Source: Candidatus Binatia bacterium
GTDB lineage: Bacteria > Desulfobacterota > Binatia > Bin18
Direction of reading: 5' to 3'
Length of the DNA: 64,000 bases
NCBI GenBank assembly: GCA_022824615.1
Contig: JAJDZM010000072.1
Span: 18,343 to 82,342, forward strand
The position numbers and the translations under genes were made by a program. The notes under the pieces were generated by a model. The model did no database searches. It had not been told where the DNA came from and worked only from the letters and a program-made list of their open reading frames with translations. Positions 9,461 to 16,672 of this stretch are shown here, piece by piece (the stretch's first letter is position 1; each line of letters begins with the position of its first letter).

Positions 9461-9590
9461 CCCCTGTGAAAACAGGGGCAGGAATCCAGCCCCTCAACCC
9501 TCCGTTCGTCCTGAGCGTAGCAAAGCGAAGTCGAAGGACTGGATGCCGGATCAAAGCCTGCCCCGGACACGAGCCGGGGTCCGGCATGAC
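9461..9590. repeat. REP/MITE-like palindromic repeat cluster (copy A)
   Basis: Hairpin CCCCTG-tgaaaa-CAGGGG (9461-9478). Unit CCGTTCGTCCTGAGCGTAGCAAAGCGAAGTCGAAGGAC (9502-9539) recurs at 24995-25024. Nested hairpin GGATGCCGGATCAA...GTCCGGCATGACG (9541-9590) recurs in shorter form at 57536-57562. Confidence 0.7.
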
Positions 9591-9630
9591 GAGAGCGGAA
9601 TGGCAGGGCTACAGCCTATCGGAAAACGCT

Positions 9631-9906
9631 CTAGGTCTTCTCCTTCAGCCGGCCCGACAAGTACTTGTGGATCACGCTGGATAATAGCGTCTGATACGGG
9701 ATGCCTTCCTCCCGCGCTCGCGCGTGCGCGAGGTTGAAGTCACGTTCGGTCACCCGCAGGTTGACCCGCCGGGTCTTATGAAAGGTGCTGCGGGCCGCCT
9801 GACGGGCACTCTCCATCTCACGTTCAGCCCCACGGGCGGCCCGCAATTCGCCTCGCTCGAACTTCTCCAGGATTTCCCGCTCTTCGGCATTCAGTTGGTC
9901 GCTCAC
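9631..9906 (-). CDS. brnA: CopG/RHH-type antitoxin (BrnA-like)
   Basis: 91 aa. AEEREILEKFERGEL...RVNLRVTERDFNLAHARAREEGIPYQTLLSSVIHKYLSGRL matches the antitoxin family paired with BrnT-type toxins. Its GTG start overlaps the upstream toxin stop (GTGA). Confidence 0.7.
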   Translation of the reverse strand: MSDQLNAEEREILEKFERGELRAARGAEREMESARQAARSTFHKTRRVNLRVTERDFNLAHARAREEGIPYQTLLSSVIHKYLSGRLKEKT

Positions 9907-10184
9907 GATGATTGCCTCCTGTGATAGTCCCGAGTCGCCTTCCGGCTGGGGATGATCGTCTTCAGGAACCTCGTGCCGTCCGCCTCAGTCACGAAGGGGA
10001 CAAGGTAGAGGTACCGTTCGATGTCCACGACGTAGACCATCTGCCCAGGGTATTTCCCCTGATTGGGGTGTTCCAGTACGTTTACCAGACCACCTTGTTC
10101 AATCTCGGTGACAATACGCTCGAAGGAGATTCCTCGCTGCTCAACGAGTTGTTGGTTCTTTTCCGTAATTCCTGCACAAGAACG
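9903..10184 (-). pseudogene. brnT: BrnT-like toxin, apparently 5'-truncated (no canonical start codon)
   Basis: Not in the ORF track. Manual translation gives ...ITEKNQQLVEQRGISFERIVTEIEQGGLVNVLEHPNQGKYPGQMVYVVDIERYLYLVPFVTEADGTRFLKTIIPSRKATRDYHRRQSS*. The frame is bounded upstream by TGA at 10185-10187, and no ATG/GTG/TTG occurs before the internal Met. The expected N-terminal M-x-F-x-W-D motif is missing. Confidence 0.55.
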
Positions 10185-10271
10185 TCAGCCCTGCGAAAGA
10201 CGTGACGGTCACAGCGTTTGAGTGGTTTAAGGGGATTGCCTTTTGACCACCGCTTCGCCACAACAGGGGCC

Positions 10272-13064
10272 ATGCCACGCCTCTCCTGGAACGAAATCCG
10301 CGCCCGCGCCGCCACATTTGCCGAGGAGTGGCGGGACGCCGCCTATGAGAAAGGCGAGACGCAGAGTTTCTATAACGACTTCTTTGACATCTTCGGCGTC
10401 AAGCGGAGCAGCGTTGCCCGCTATGAAGAGCGTGTCAAGAAGCTGGACAATCGTTCAGGTTTCATCGACCTATTCTGGCCCGGCGTCCTCCTGGTTGAGC
10501 AAAAGAGCGCTGGCCGTGACCTGACCAAAGCATCCAGACAAGCCGGCGCCTACTTCGACGCCCTGCCCGAGCAAGACCGCCCGCGCTATATCCTGGTCAG
10601 CGACTTTCAGACCTTTGAGCTGTATGACCTGGACGAGCGGGAACGCGCGTTTTTCGCTCTGGCCGACCTGCCTCAGCACGTGGAGAAGTTCGGCTTTATC
10701 CTGGGCGTACAGAAGCGCACCTTCAAGGATCAGGACCCGGTCAACATTCAGGCGTCCGAACTCATGGGCGACCTGCACGACGCGCTCGAACAGTCCGGCT
10801 ACACCGGCCACGACCTCGAACGCTTGCTCGTCCGTACCGTGTTCTGTCTGTTTGCTGATGATACCGGCATCTTCGAGCCACGCGACATTTTTCTTGATTT
10901 CCTGGAAACGCGTACCCGCGAGGACGGTTCCGACTTGGGCCTCTGGCTCTCACGGCTTTTTCAAGTGCTCAATACGCCGGAGGACACACGCCAAAAGAAG
11001 CTAGACGAAGACTTGGCGCGTTTCCCGTATGTGAACGGCGACCTGTTCCGTGGCCCGCTACGTATTCCCGACTTTGACGCCCCCATGCGGCAGGCATTGC
11101 TCGACGCCTGCCGGTTCGACTGGACGGCCATCTCACCAGCGATTTTCGGGGCACTGTTCCAATCGGTCATGGAACCCGCAGAACGCCGCTCTCAGGGCGC
11201 GCACTACACCACTGAGCAGAACATCCTGAAGGTCATCGAACCGCTGTTTCTGGATGACCTGCGGGCGGAGTTCGCCCGGTTACAAGCCCGCAAGGACACC
11301 CATCGACGGCTGGAACTGCATCGCTTTCAACAGCGTTTGGGGACGTTGCGTTTTCTTGACCCGGCCTGCGGCTGTGGCAATTTTCTTATCATTGCCTACC
11401 GCGAGTTGCGCGCCCTAGAGATTGAGGTTTTGAAGGAATTGCGCGCCTATCGTGACGACACGGAAACGGGGGAGCTGGACGTGACGGCCCTGTCGGTCGT
11501 CAACGTAGACCAATTCTACGGCATTGAAATCGGGGAGTTTCCAACTCACATTGCCGAGACTGCACTGTGGATGATGGACCACATCATGAACAACCGGCTC
11601 AGCCTGGAGTTCGGGCAAACCTTCGTGCGTATCCCGCTGACACACTCACCCCATATTCTGCACGCCGACGCCCTGGAAACCGACTGGGCAAGCCTGCTGC
11701 CACCGGAGGAATGCGCGTATGTGTTCGGTAATCCGCCATTTGTCGGCGCAAAGTTTCAGAGCCAGGAACAGCGGGCACAGGTGCGCGGCCTTGCCGGTCT
11801 GGGCGGTAGCGGAGGGACTCTGGATTACGTCACGGCTTGGCTCCTCAAGGCGGGCACGTATATCACAGGGCCGACCCGCATCGGCTTTGTGGCGACCAAC
11901 TCAACGACACAGGGCGAACAGGTGGGCCAGTTGTGGCCCCTGCTATTTGACCGCTACCGGCTGGAGATTGCCTTTGCCCATCGCACTTTCGCCTGGGGCT
12001 CGGATGCACGTGGCAAGGCGCATGTGCATGTTGTCATTCTGGGGTTGGACCGGCGGGACAACGCGCGGACGGAGAAACGTCTGTTTTCCTACTCCGCCCT
12101 CAACGGTGACCCAGAGGAAACCCACCACACTGCGCTGTCACCCTACCTGTTCGACGCTGGTGGCTTGGCCGACCCGCATTTAACAGTACGCAAAGAAAGC
12201 CGCCCGATTAACAGAATGGAGAAGCTGATTATCGGGTCCAAGCCCATTGACGGCGGATATTATATCTTTGACTCGGAGGAACGTGCAGCCTTGCTGTCCG
12301 TGGAGCCGGACGCCGCACCCTTCCTGCGACCGTTTGTCGGTGCCCGCGAATATCTGCAAGGCGGAACGCGCTGGATTCTGGCACTGCACGACGCGCCTCC
12401 GGCAACGCTGGCACGGCTGCCATATATCAAGGAGCGCATTGCTGCGGTCCGCGCGTACCGTCAAGCCAGTAAGAGCGCGCCTACGCAAAAGCTGGCTGAA
12501 ACCCCGAGGCTCTATCATGTGAACGTTCTTCCCTCTGCACCGTTTCTGGTCATCCCCGAGGTCAGTTCTGAACGGCGGGAGTATATCCCTATCGGTTGGT
12601 TGGAGCCGCCTACGGTTCCGAGCAATCTGGTCCGGGTCATTGAGAATGCTACACTCTCGGACTTTGCGCTGCTCACCTCCGCCATGCACATGGCTTGGCT
12701 ACGTCACATCGGCGGGCGGCTGAAAAGCGATTACCGTTATTCCATCGGCCTGGTCTACAACACCTTCCCCACACCACCCGAAGACGCAGACCTGCCAAAG
12801 CTGGAACCGCTGGCCCAAGCCGTGCTCGCCGCCCGCGCCGCCCATCCCGGCGCAACCCTGGCCGACCTGTACGACCCCGACCTGATGCCGCCCAATCTGC
12901 GTAAGGCCCACACGGCACTCGACCGCGTCGTAGACCGCCTCTACCGCCGTGGCGGCTTCGCCTCCGAACGTGAGCGGGTGGAACATCTGTTTGGGTTATA
13001 TGAGAAGATTACCGCACCGTTGGCGGTGAAGCGGAAGCCGAAAAGGAAACGGCGGCGCAGTTAG
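10272..13064 (+). CDS. MmeI-family Type IIL restriction-modification enzyme (fused PD-(D/E)XK endonuclease, N6-adenine methyltransferase and specificity domain)
   Basis: N-terminus LSWNEIRARAATFAEEWRDAAYEKGETQSFYNDFFDIFGV...GFIDLFWPGVLLVEQKS (D...E-x-K nuclease motif as in MmeI). SAM-binding motif FLDPACGCGNFL. Catalytic GNPPFVG. About 930 aa, similar to MmeI. The ATG at 10272 is preferred over the TTG at 10218. Confidence 0.85.
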   Translation: MPRLSWNEIRARAATFAEEWRDAAYEKGETQSFYNDFFDIFGVKRSSVARYEERVKKLDNRSGFIDLFWPGVLLVEQKSAGRDLTKASRQAGAYFDALPEQDRPRYILVSDFQTFELYDLDERERAFFALADLPQHVEKFGFILGVQKRTFKDQDPVNIQASELMGDLHDALEQSGYTGHDLERLLVRTVFCLFADDTGIFEPRDIFLDFLETRTREDGSDLGLWLSRLFQVLNTPEDTRQKKLDEDLARFPYVNGDLFRGPLRIPDFDAPMRQALLDACRFDWTAISPAIFGALFQSVMEPAERRSQGAHYTTEQNILKVIEPLFLDDLRAEFARLQARKDTHRRLELHRFQQRLGTLRFLDPACGCGNFLIIAYRELRALEIEVLKELRAYRDDTETGELDVTALSVVNVDQFYGIEIGEFPTHIAETALWMMDHIMNNRLSLEFGQTFVRIPLTHSPHILHADALETDWASLLPPEECAYVFGNPPFVGAKFQSQEQRAQVRGLAGLGGSGGTLDYVTAWLLKAGTYITGPTRIGFVATNSTTQGEQVGQLWPLLFDRYRLEIAFAHRTFAWGSDARGKAHVHVVILGLDRRDNARTEKRLFSYSALNGDPEETHHTALSPYLFDAGGLADPHLTVRKESRPINRMEKLIIGSKPIDGGYYIFDSEERAALLSVEPDAAPFLRPFVGAREYLQGGTRWILALHDAPPATLARLPYIKERIAAVRAYRQASKSAPTQKLAETPRLYHVNVLPSAPFLVIPEVSSERREYIPIGWLEPPTVPSNLVRVIENATLSDFALLTSAMHMAWLRHIGGRLKSDYRYSIGLVYNTFPTPPEDADLPKLEPLAQAVLAARAAHPGATLADLYDPDLMPPNLRKAHTALDRVVDRLYRRGGFASERERVEHLFGLYEKITAPLAVKRKPKRKRRRS

Positions 13065-13183
13065 CGACTGAAACGAGGAGCTACAGGTCGTACACGGAGA
13101 TGCGAAATTATTACCGATTCCGACAAGGTTTATCGGAAATGTGAGATCAAAATTGCTTCGACATAGTAAGACAAGGAGTGGGG

Positions 13184-13708
13184 ATGGCCGACAACAAACC
13201 CTCAAAACCTGAAGATGCATCACAACTGATAACGAACCCCAAAGAACCATATTCAGCCTTCATAACGGAACTGAGATATAGATATGAACTCCTCTGGCGC
13301 ATACGCCAAATCTACGCTACCGCGATCCTTGCCATAACTGCATTTACAAAAGGCATCGAGCCTACTCCATGTCAGGGACTAGCACTGTTGATACTAATTG
13401 CTGTCTCATTTGTCGCGGTAATAATTACGGACCGGTCTTATCAGAAGAAAAAATACGAATTGCTCAACAATCTTCACAAAATCGAAGAGCATCTTAGGTT
13501 TCCTGACTATTGCCGCCTAGGGAGACCGGATAATATCCGTTGTTGGGATTTGTGGAAAAATTCCATACTGTGGATCATAGTCATCTTCGCACCGGTTCTT
13601 GCAATACTGGACGGAGTGGAGATTTGTAACTGCGTCTCGCAGGAGGGTCAGAACGGTGCTGTTCAAATTCTCTCCCCGTTCCTCACTAATGGCGCGAAGC
13701 CAACGTGA
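13184..13708 (+). CDS. Small multi-TM protein (2-3 TM, SLATT-like topology), possibly chimeric at its 3' end
   Basis: AAGGAG lies 5 nt upstream of the ATG. AT-rich codon usage. Hydrophobic helices IYATAILAITAF, GLALLILIAVSFVAVII and ILWIIVIFAPVLAIL. The last ~25 codons are read antisense through a vapB gene fragment (13632-13732). Confidence 0.55.
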   Translation: MADNKPSKPEDASQLITNPKEPYSAFITELRYRYELLWRIRQIYATAILAITAFTKGIEPTPCQGLALLILIAVSFVAVIITDRSYQKKKYELLNNLHKIEEHLRFPDYCRLGRPDNIRCWDLWKNSILWIIVIFAPVLAILDGVEICNCVSQEGQNGAVQILSPFLTNGAKPT

Positions 13709-13732
13709 GAGTTCGGCATCGATATTCCGAAG
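13632..13732 (-). pseudogene. Fragment of an RHH antitoxin gene (codons ~8-41 of vapB); left copy of a 101-bp direct repeat
   Basis: 91 of 101 nt are identical, without indels, to 15029-15129. It encodes LRNIDAELSRWLRAISEERGENLNSTVLTLLRDA versus LRNIDAELSRRLRAISEERGESLNSTVLALLRDA in the intact gene. It lacks a start codon. Confidence 0.85.
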
Positions 13733-13750
13733 TAGCCAGAGGATAATCCG

Positions 13751-14722
13751 ATGAAGACAACACCCCATGCATTTCTTTGCCACGCCTCGGAAGACAAAGA
13801 GATTGCCAGACCGCTTGCGGAAGAACTTCAGCGTAACGGTGTAGACACTTTCTATGATAAATGGGAAATCGGTCCCGGAGACAGCCTGCGCCAAAAAGTG
13901 GAGGAAGGGATAGGAGACTGTACCCACTTCATCGTGCTTCTGACGCCTATCAGTATCGAGAAGCCGTGGGTACAAGCAGAAATCGATGCGGGCTTTGTAC
14001 GGAATCTTGAAGGCCAGTGTAAATTTATTCCGCTACGTTGCGGCCTAGATGTTGACAGCCTTTCTCCACTCTTGAAGGGAAAACATTCTCCTGCACTCGA
14101 TGGGAGTCACGATGAGAGCAACATCAAGAAATTGATCGACTCCATCTATGGAATCAGCGATAAACCACCATTGGGAGAGCCGCCGCAAGTCATTCAAGAG
14201 AGTTCTGGCGGAGCTTTGGGGCTATCGCCTGCGACCGAAGCCATCGTCAGGATTATGATAGAAGGCTCAGAAAATGGAATGGCCGACGGTCAAATGCTTC
14301 CTCTAGGACAAGTAAAGGAAGCAACAGGCCTTGAGGATGACGACATTATAGACGCCATTGAGGAACTTGAAAGGCAAGGATATGTAGAGGTGGTCTACAC
14401 GCAAAGTATCGATCCTCTCGATGGTGAGCATGTCTGGGCTAAGGATTCTCTATTCGCCACTTTCGATAAGTATTTCAAGCCATGGAATCCTGAAAACGAC
14501 GCACTGCAAATCGCAGCCGACCTCGTGAACGGTAAAGACGGTACCGTACAGGCAATGGCTCAGGAATATAATTGGCCTCCTCGGCGAATGAACCCCGCCG
14601 TGAGTTATCTTATTGAGAACGACTTCGTTGGTTCCAGTCCCGAACTTGGAAGTCACCCTTGGGTGAACCATTGGCTCTATAAAACCCCAAGCACTCGCCG
14701 CTTCGTCCGAGATCGTTCGTAA
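13751..14722 (+). CDS. TIR-domain protein with an uncharacterised ~190-aa C-terminal domain
   Basis: AFLCHASEDKEIARPLAEELQRNGVDTFYDKWEIGPGDSLRQKVEEGIGDCTHFIVLLTPISIEKPWVQAEIDAG is a textbook bacterial TIR N-terminal domain. The C-terminal part has a possible winged-helix-like stretch (DDIIDAIEELERQGYVEVVY). Confidence 0.85.
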   Translation: MKTTPHAFLCHASEDKEIARPLAEELQRNGVDTFYDKWEIGPGDSLRQKVEEGIGDCTHFIVLLTPISIEKPWVQAEIDAGFVRNLEGQCKFIPLRCGLDVDSLSPLLKGKHSPALDGSHDESNIKKLIDSIYGISDKPPLGEPPQVIQESSGGALGLSPATEAIVRIMIEGSENGMADGQMLPLGQVKEATGLEDDDIIDAIEELERQGYVEVVYTQSIDPLDGEHVWAKDSLFATFDKYFKPWNPENDALQIAADLVNGKDGTVQAMAQEYNWPPRRMNPAVSYLIENDFVGSSPELGSHPWVNHWLYKTPSTRRFVRDRS

Positions 14723-14748
14723 TCAAACTCCTGTGGGTTGAGTGAATC

Positions 14749-14766
14749 CGTAACCCGAAAAGCACT
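14749..14766 (+). repeat. 18-nt motif CGTAACCCGAAAAGCACT (copy 1), 27 nt after the TIR gene stop
   Basis: Exact 18/18 match to 16655-16672. A degenerate relative (TGTAACCTGACATC) lies at about 15306. Confidence 0.8.
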
Positions 14767-14830
14767 TCAAAGGAGTGGGATCATTTCGCTGTCTGGGCGA
14801 TGAGTTCCCGTAAGTCTTCGTGCTGACTCC

Positions 14831-14908
14831 TCATTGCAATCTGAAATGTCCGGCGCGTAGAGGCGAGTACGCACTTGTGTCAAGAACCAGCCGCTCGGTC
14901 GGCTTCAC
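14831..14908 (-). pseudogene. vapC: Truncated PIN-domain toxin (vapC stub, 25 codons)
   Basis: The GTG overlaps the vapB stop (GTGA). VKPTERLVLDTSAYSPLRAGHFRLQ* is the typical N-terminus of a VapC PIN toxin (LVLDTS...), then a premature stop. The rest of the gene is absent. Confidence 0.65.
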
Positions 14909-15150
14909 CCCCAATACCGTTGGTCAACGACTCGTTGCGAACGCAACGCAACAGTAAACTCGTCGAGGTCAGCGGGTGTCCACGTCACATAGCGACGCAA
15001 ACGGGTACGCCGCGTCTCCAGGTCCACCGCGTCTCGCAGAAGGGCTAGGACGGTGCTGTTCAAACTCTCACCCCGCTCCTCACTAATGGCGCGAAGCCGG
15101 CGTGAAAGTTCGGCATCGATATTCCGAAGCGTAATCTGTGTGACCGCCAT
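14905..15150 (-). CDS. vapB: Ribbon-helix-helix antitoxin (VapB/FitA-like)
   Basis: 81 aa. MAVTQITLRNIDAELSRRLRAISEERGESLNSTVLALLRDAV is a typical RHH antitoxin N-terminus. It sits immediately upstream of the vapC stub. Confidence 0.75.
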   Translation of the reverse strand: MAVTQITLRNIDAELSRRLRAISEERGESLNSTVLALLRDAVDLETRRTRLRRYVTWTPADLDEFTVALRSQRVVDQRYWG

Positions 15151-15190
15151 ACTGCCCCCCGCATAGCGTTATGAAAACATGAGGTCAAGA

Positions 15191-15298
15191 ATGGGTCAGG
15201 TGGAGCACCTGTTTGGGTTGTATGAGCAAATGATGGTGCCGTTGGCGGTGCAGCGGAAGCGCCGGGAGCGTGGAGTCACCCTCTGTAGGCCAAGTTAG
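15191..15298 (+). pseudogene. Remnant of the 3' end of a second MmeI-family gene
   Basis: 15199-15260 is 51/62 nt identical (no indels) to 12977-13038 at the end of the intact MmeI-like gene. It encodes (M)GQVEHLFGLYEQMMVPLAVQRKRRER... versus RVEHLFGLYEKITAPLAVKRKPKRKR. Confidence 0.8.
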
Positions 15299-15387
15299 CC
15301 GAAGGTGTAACCTGACATCTTTATCAAAGGTCAACAAGTGTTCCAGGGTTTGCTAGGTACAAATCAAATCTTCATAGGAAGGGTGCT

Positions 15388-16644
15388 ATGAGAGAAGACG
15401 ATGTGAGATTGGTCAAATTTTGGAGACAGGGTGCTGATGCAGAGTACACCGGGATGCTTTTTTTGAGGACAGAGGAGAAATCCTCCTTAGTTTTGGACGA
15501 GATACACCCATTTAGCGACCGGAGTATTAGCTATAAATTCTTGGGTAAAACCTACTCAGGAGAAGCTTGCACTCTCTACAGTTGCAGGCCTGAGGGTGAG
15601 CCGGATAACTCGGGAAGAACCATTTTCTATATTGAGAACGTTGTTATTGGGGACCTACCGCCCAACTCGGAATGTAAACTAAAAAAGATGGAGTTTATTT
15701 TTTACGGCGTTGATCCGTGGTTCAGTAATAGGCGGAGATATTTACGCCCCGGCGAAACAGAAAGGGTTGCAGAGTACAATGATGCCCCAGATAAAGACAT
15801 ATTGTTAACCCTAAAGAGGGTCGGATTGCCGCATAGCGTTGACGGAAATAATTGCTGGTTGCAGGTAGAAATCAGTTCAGACTACTCGTTACGGGGCATT
15901 GACCATTTTATCCAGATTAGAGAGGACCTCAATGCGTTTCTTAATTACGCTATGCAGGGCATAGTTAAGACAAACGAGATAAGTTTTTGTACCTCGAATA
16001 CGGGTGGCGAGGTCAGAATATATAGCCATCACCGTATTTTTAACAGTCATGGCGCTTTCAACAGCAGGCTTGGTGATCCTATACGACTGACTGGACTAGG
16101 GCACGGCAAAACGTTTGAGGGGTTTCGGGACGAACTCCCCGCGATTTTAAGTAGATGGTCCTGGCTGTATGGTACATGCAAATGGGAGTTCAATCAGTTA
16201 TTTGAATCACGACTTTTAAGAGAAAGAAGCCCTAATAACTGGTTTATGGCAGCATGTATCCTTCTGGAGGCAATCTATCCTAAGCTTATTCAAACCGCAA
16301 AGGATAGGCCAAATGTGAAGGAGTGTATTGACGAACTTAATAGAATCTTTGGAGTGTCGATTAAGCCTGAACTCTCCAGCCTTGTGAAGGCAGTAAGAAA
16401 CAAGCTTTCTCATGGAGGCCAGTTGAGAAACGATAAAGAAGAAGGAATGGCTAATGAGTTTCTTTCTGCTTCTGACGGAGTGTCAATATTGGCGGAGGAC
16501 TTGGAACGCTTGCTGTTTTGCTACATATCTGCCGGGCTAGGAGTAGACCCTAAAAAGGGGGATGTGACGCGAGACGGCCCGGCTTTTACGTTTACGGCTG
16601 ATAACACAAGAAATTTGCGCCAAGTGTACCCGGAGAATCGTTAG
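15388..16644 (+). CDS. ApeA-like defence protein (ApeA-type N-terminal domain plus C-terminal HEPN with R-x4-H)
   Basis: 418 aa, AT-rich. N-terminus VKFWRQGADAEYTGMLFL...LVLDEIHPF...FLGKTYSGEACTLYSC follows the ApeA N-domain pattern (W..., G-x-L, L-x-L, G-x(4)-G-x(3)-TL-x-x-C). The C-terminus contains VRNKLSHGG (R-N-K-L-S-H, an Rx4H HEPN motif). Confidence 0.6.
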   Translation: MREDDVRLVKFWRQGADAEYTGMLFLRTEEKSSLVLDEIHPFSDRSISYKFLGKTYSGEACTLYSCRPEGEPDNSGRTIFYIENVVIGDLPPNSECKLKKMEFIFYGVDPWFSNRRRYLRPGETERVAEYNDAPDKDILLTLKRVGLPHSVDGNNCWLQVEISSDYSLRGIDHFIQIREDLNAFLNYAMQGIVKTNEISFCTSNTGGEVRIYSHHRIFNSHGAFNSRLGDPIRLTGLGHGKTFEGFRDELPAILSRWSWLYGTCKWEFNQLFESRLLRERSPNNWFMAACILLEAIYPKLIQTAKDRPNVKECIDELNRIFGVSIKPELSSLVKAVRNKLSHGGQLRNDKEEGMANEFLSASDGVSILAEDLERLLFCYISAGLGVDPKKGDVTRDGPAFTFTADNTRNLRQVYPENR

Positions 16645-16654
16645 GAGGCAGAAG

Positions 16655-16672
16655 CGTAACCCGAAAAGCACT
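16655..16672 (+). repeat. 18-nt motif CGTAACCCGAAAAGCACT (copy 2), 11 nt after the ApeA-like gene stop
   Basis: Exact match to 14749-14766. Confidence 0.8.

Noticed and set aside
10082-10315. 77-aa reverse-strand ORF overlapping the brnT 5' region and the MmeI-like start
   Set aside because: It is out of frame with the recognisable BrnT-like sequence and has no family resemblance. It spans the junction region.
13184-16644. Canonical Thoeris, CBASS, Pycsar or SPARTA system around the TIR gene
   Set aside because: No ThsA (SIR2/Macro/SLOG), cyclase, SAVED/STING or Argonaute ORF is present in the island.
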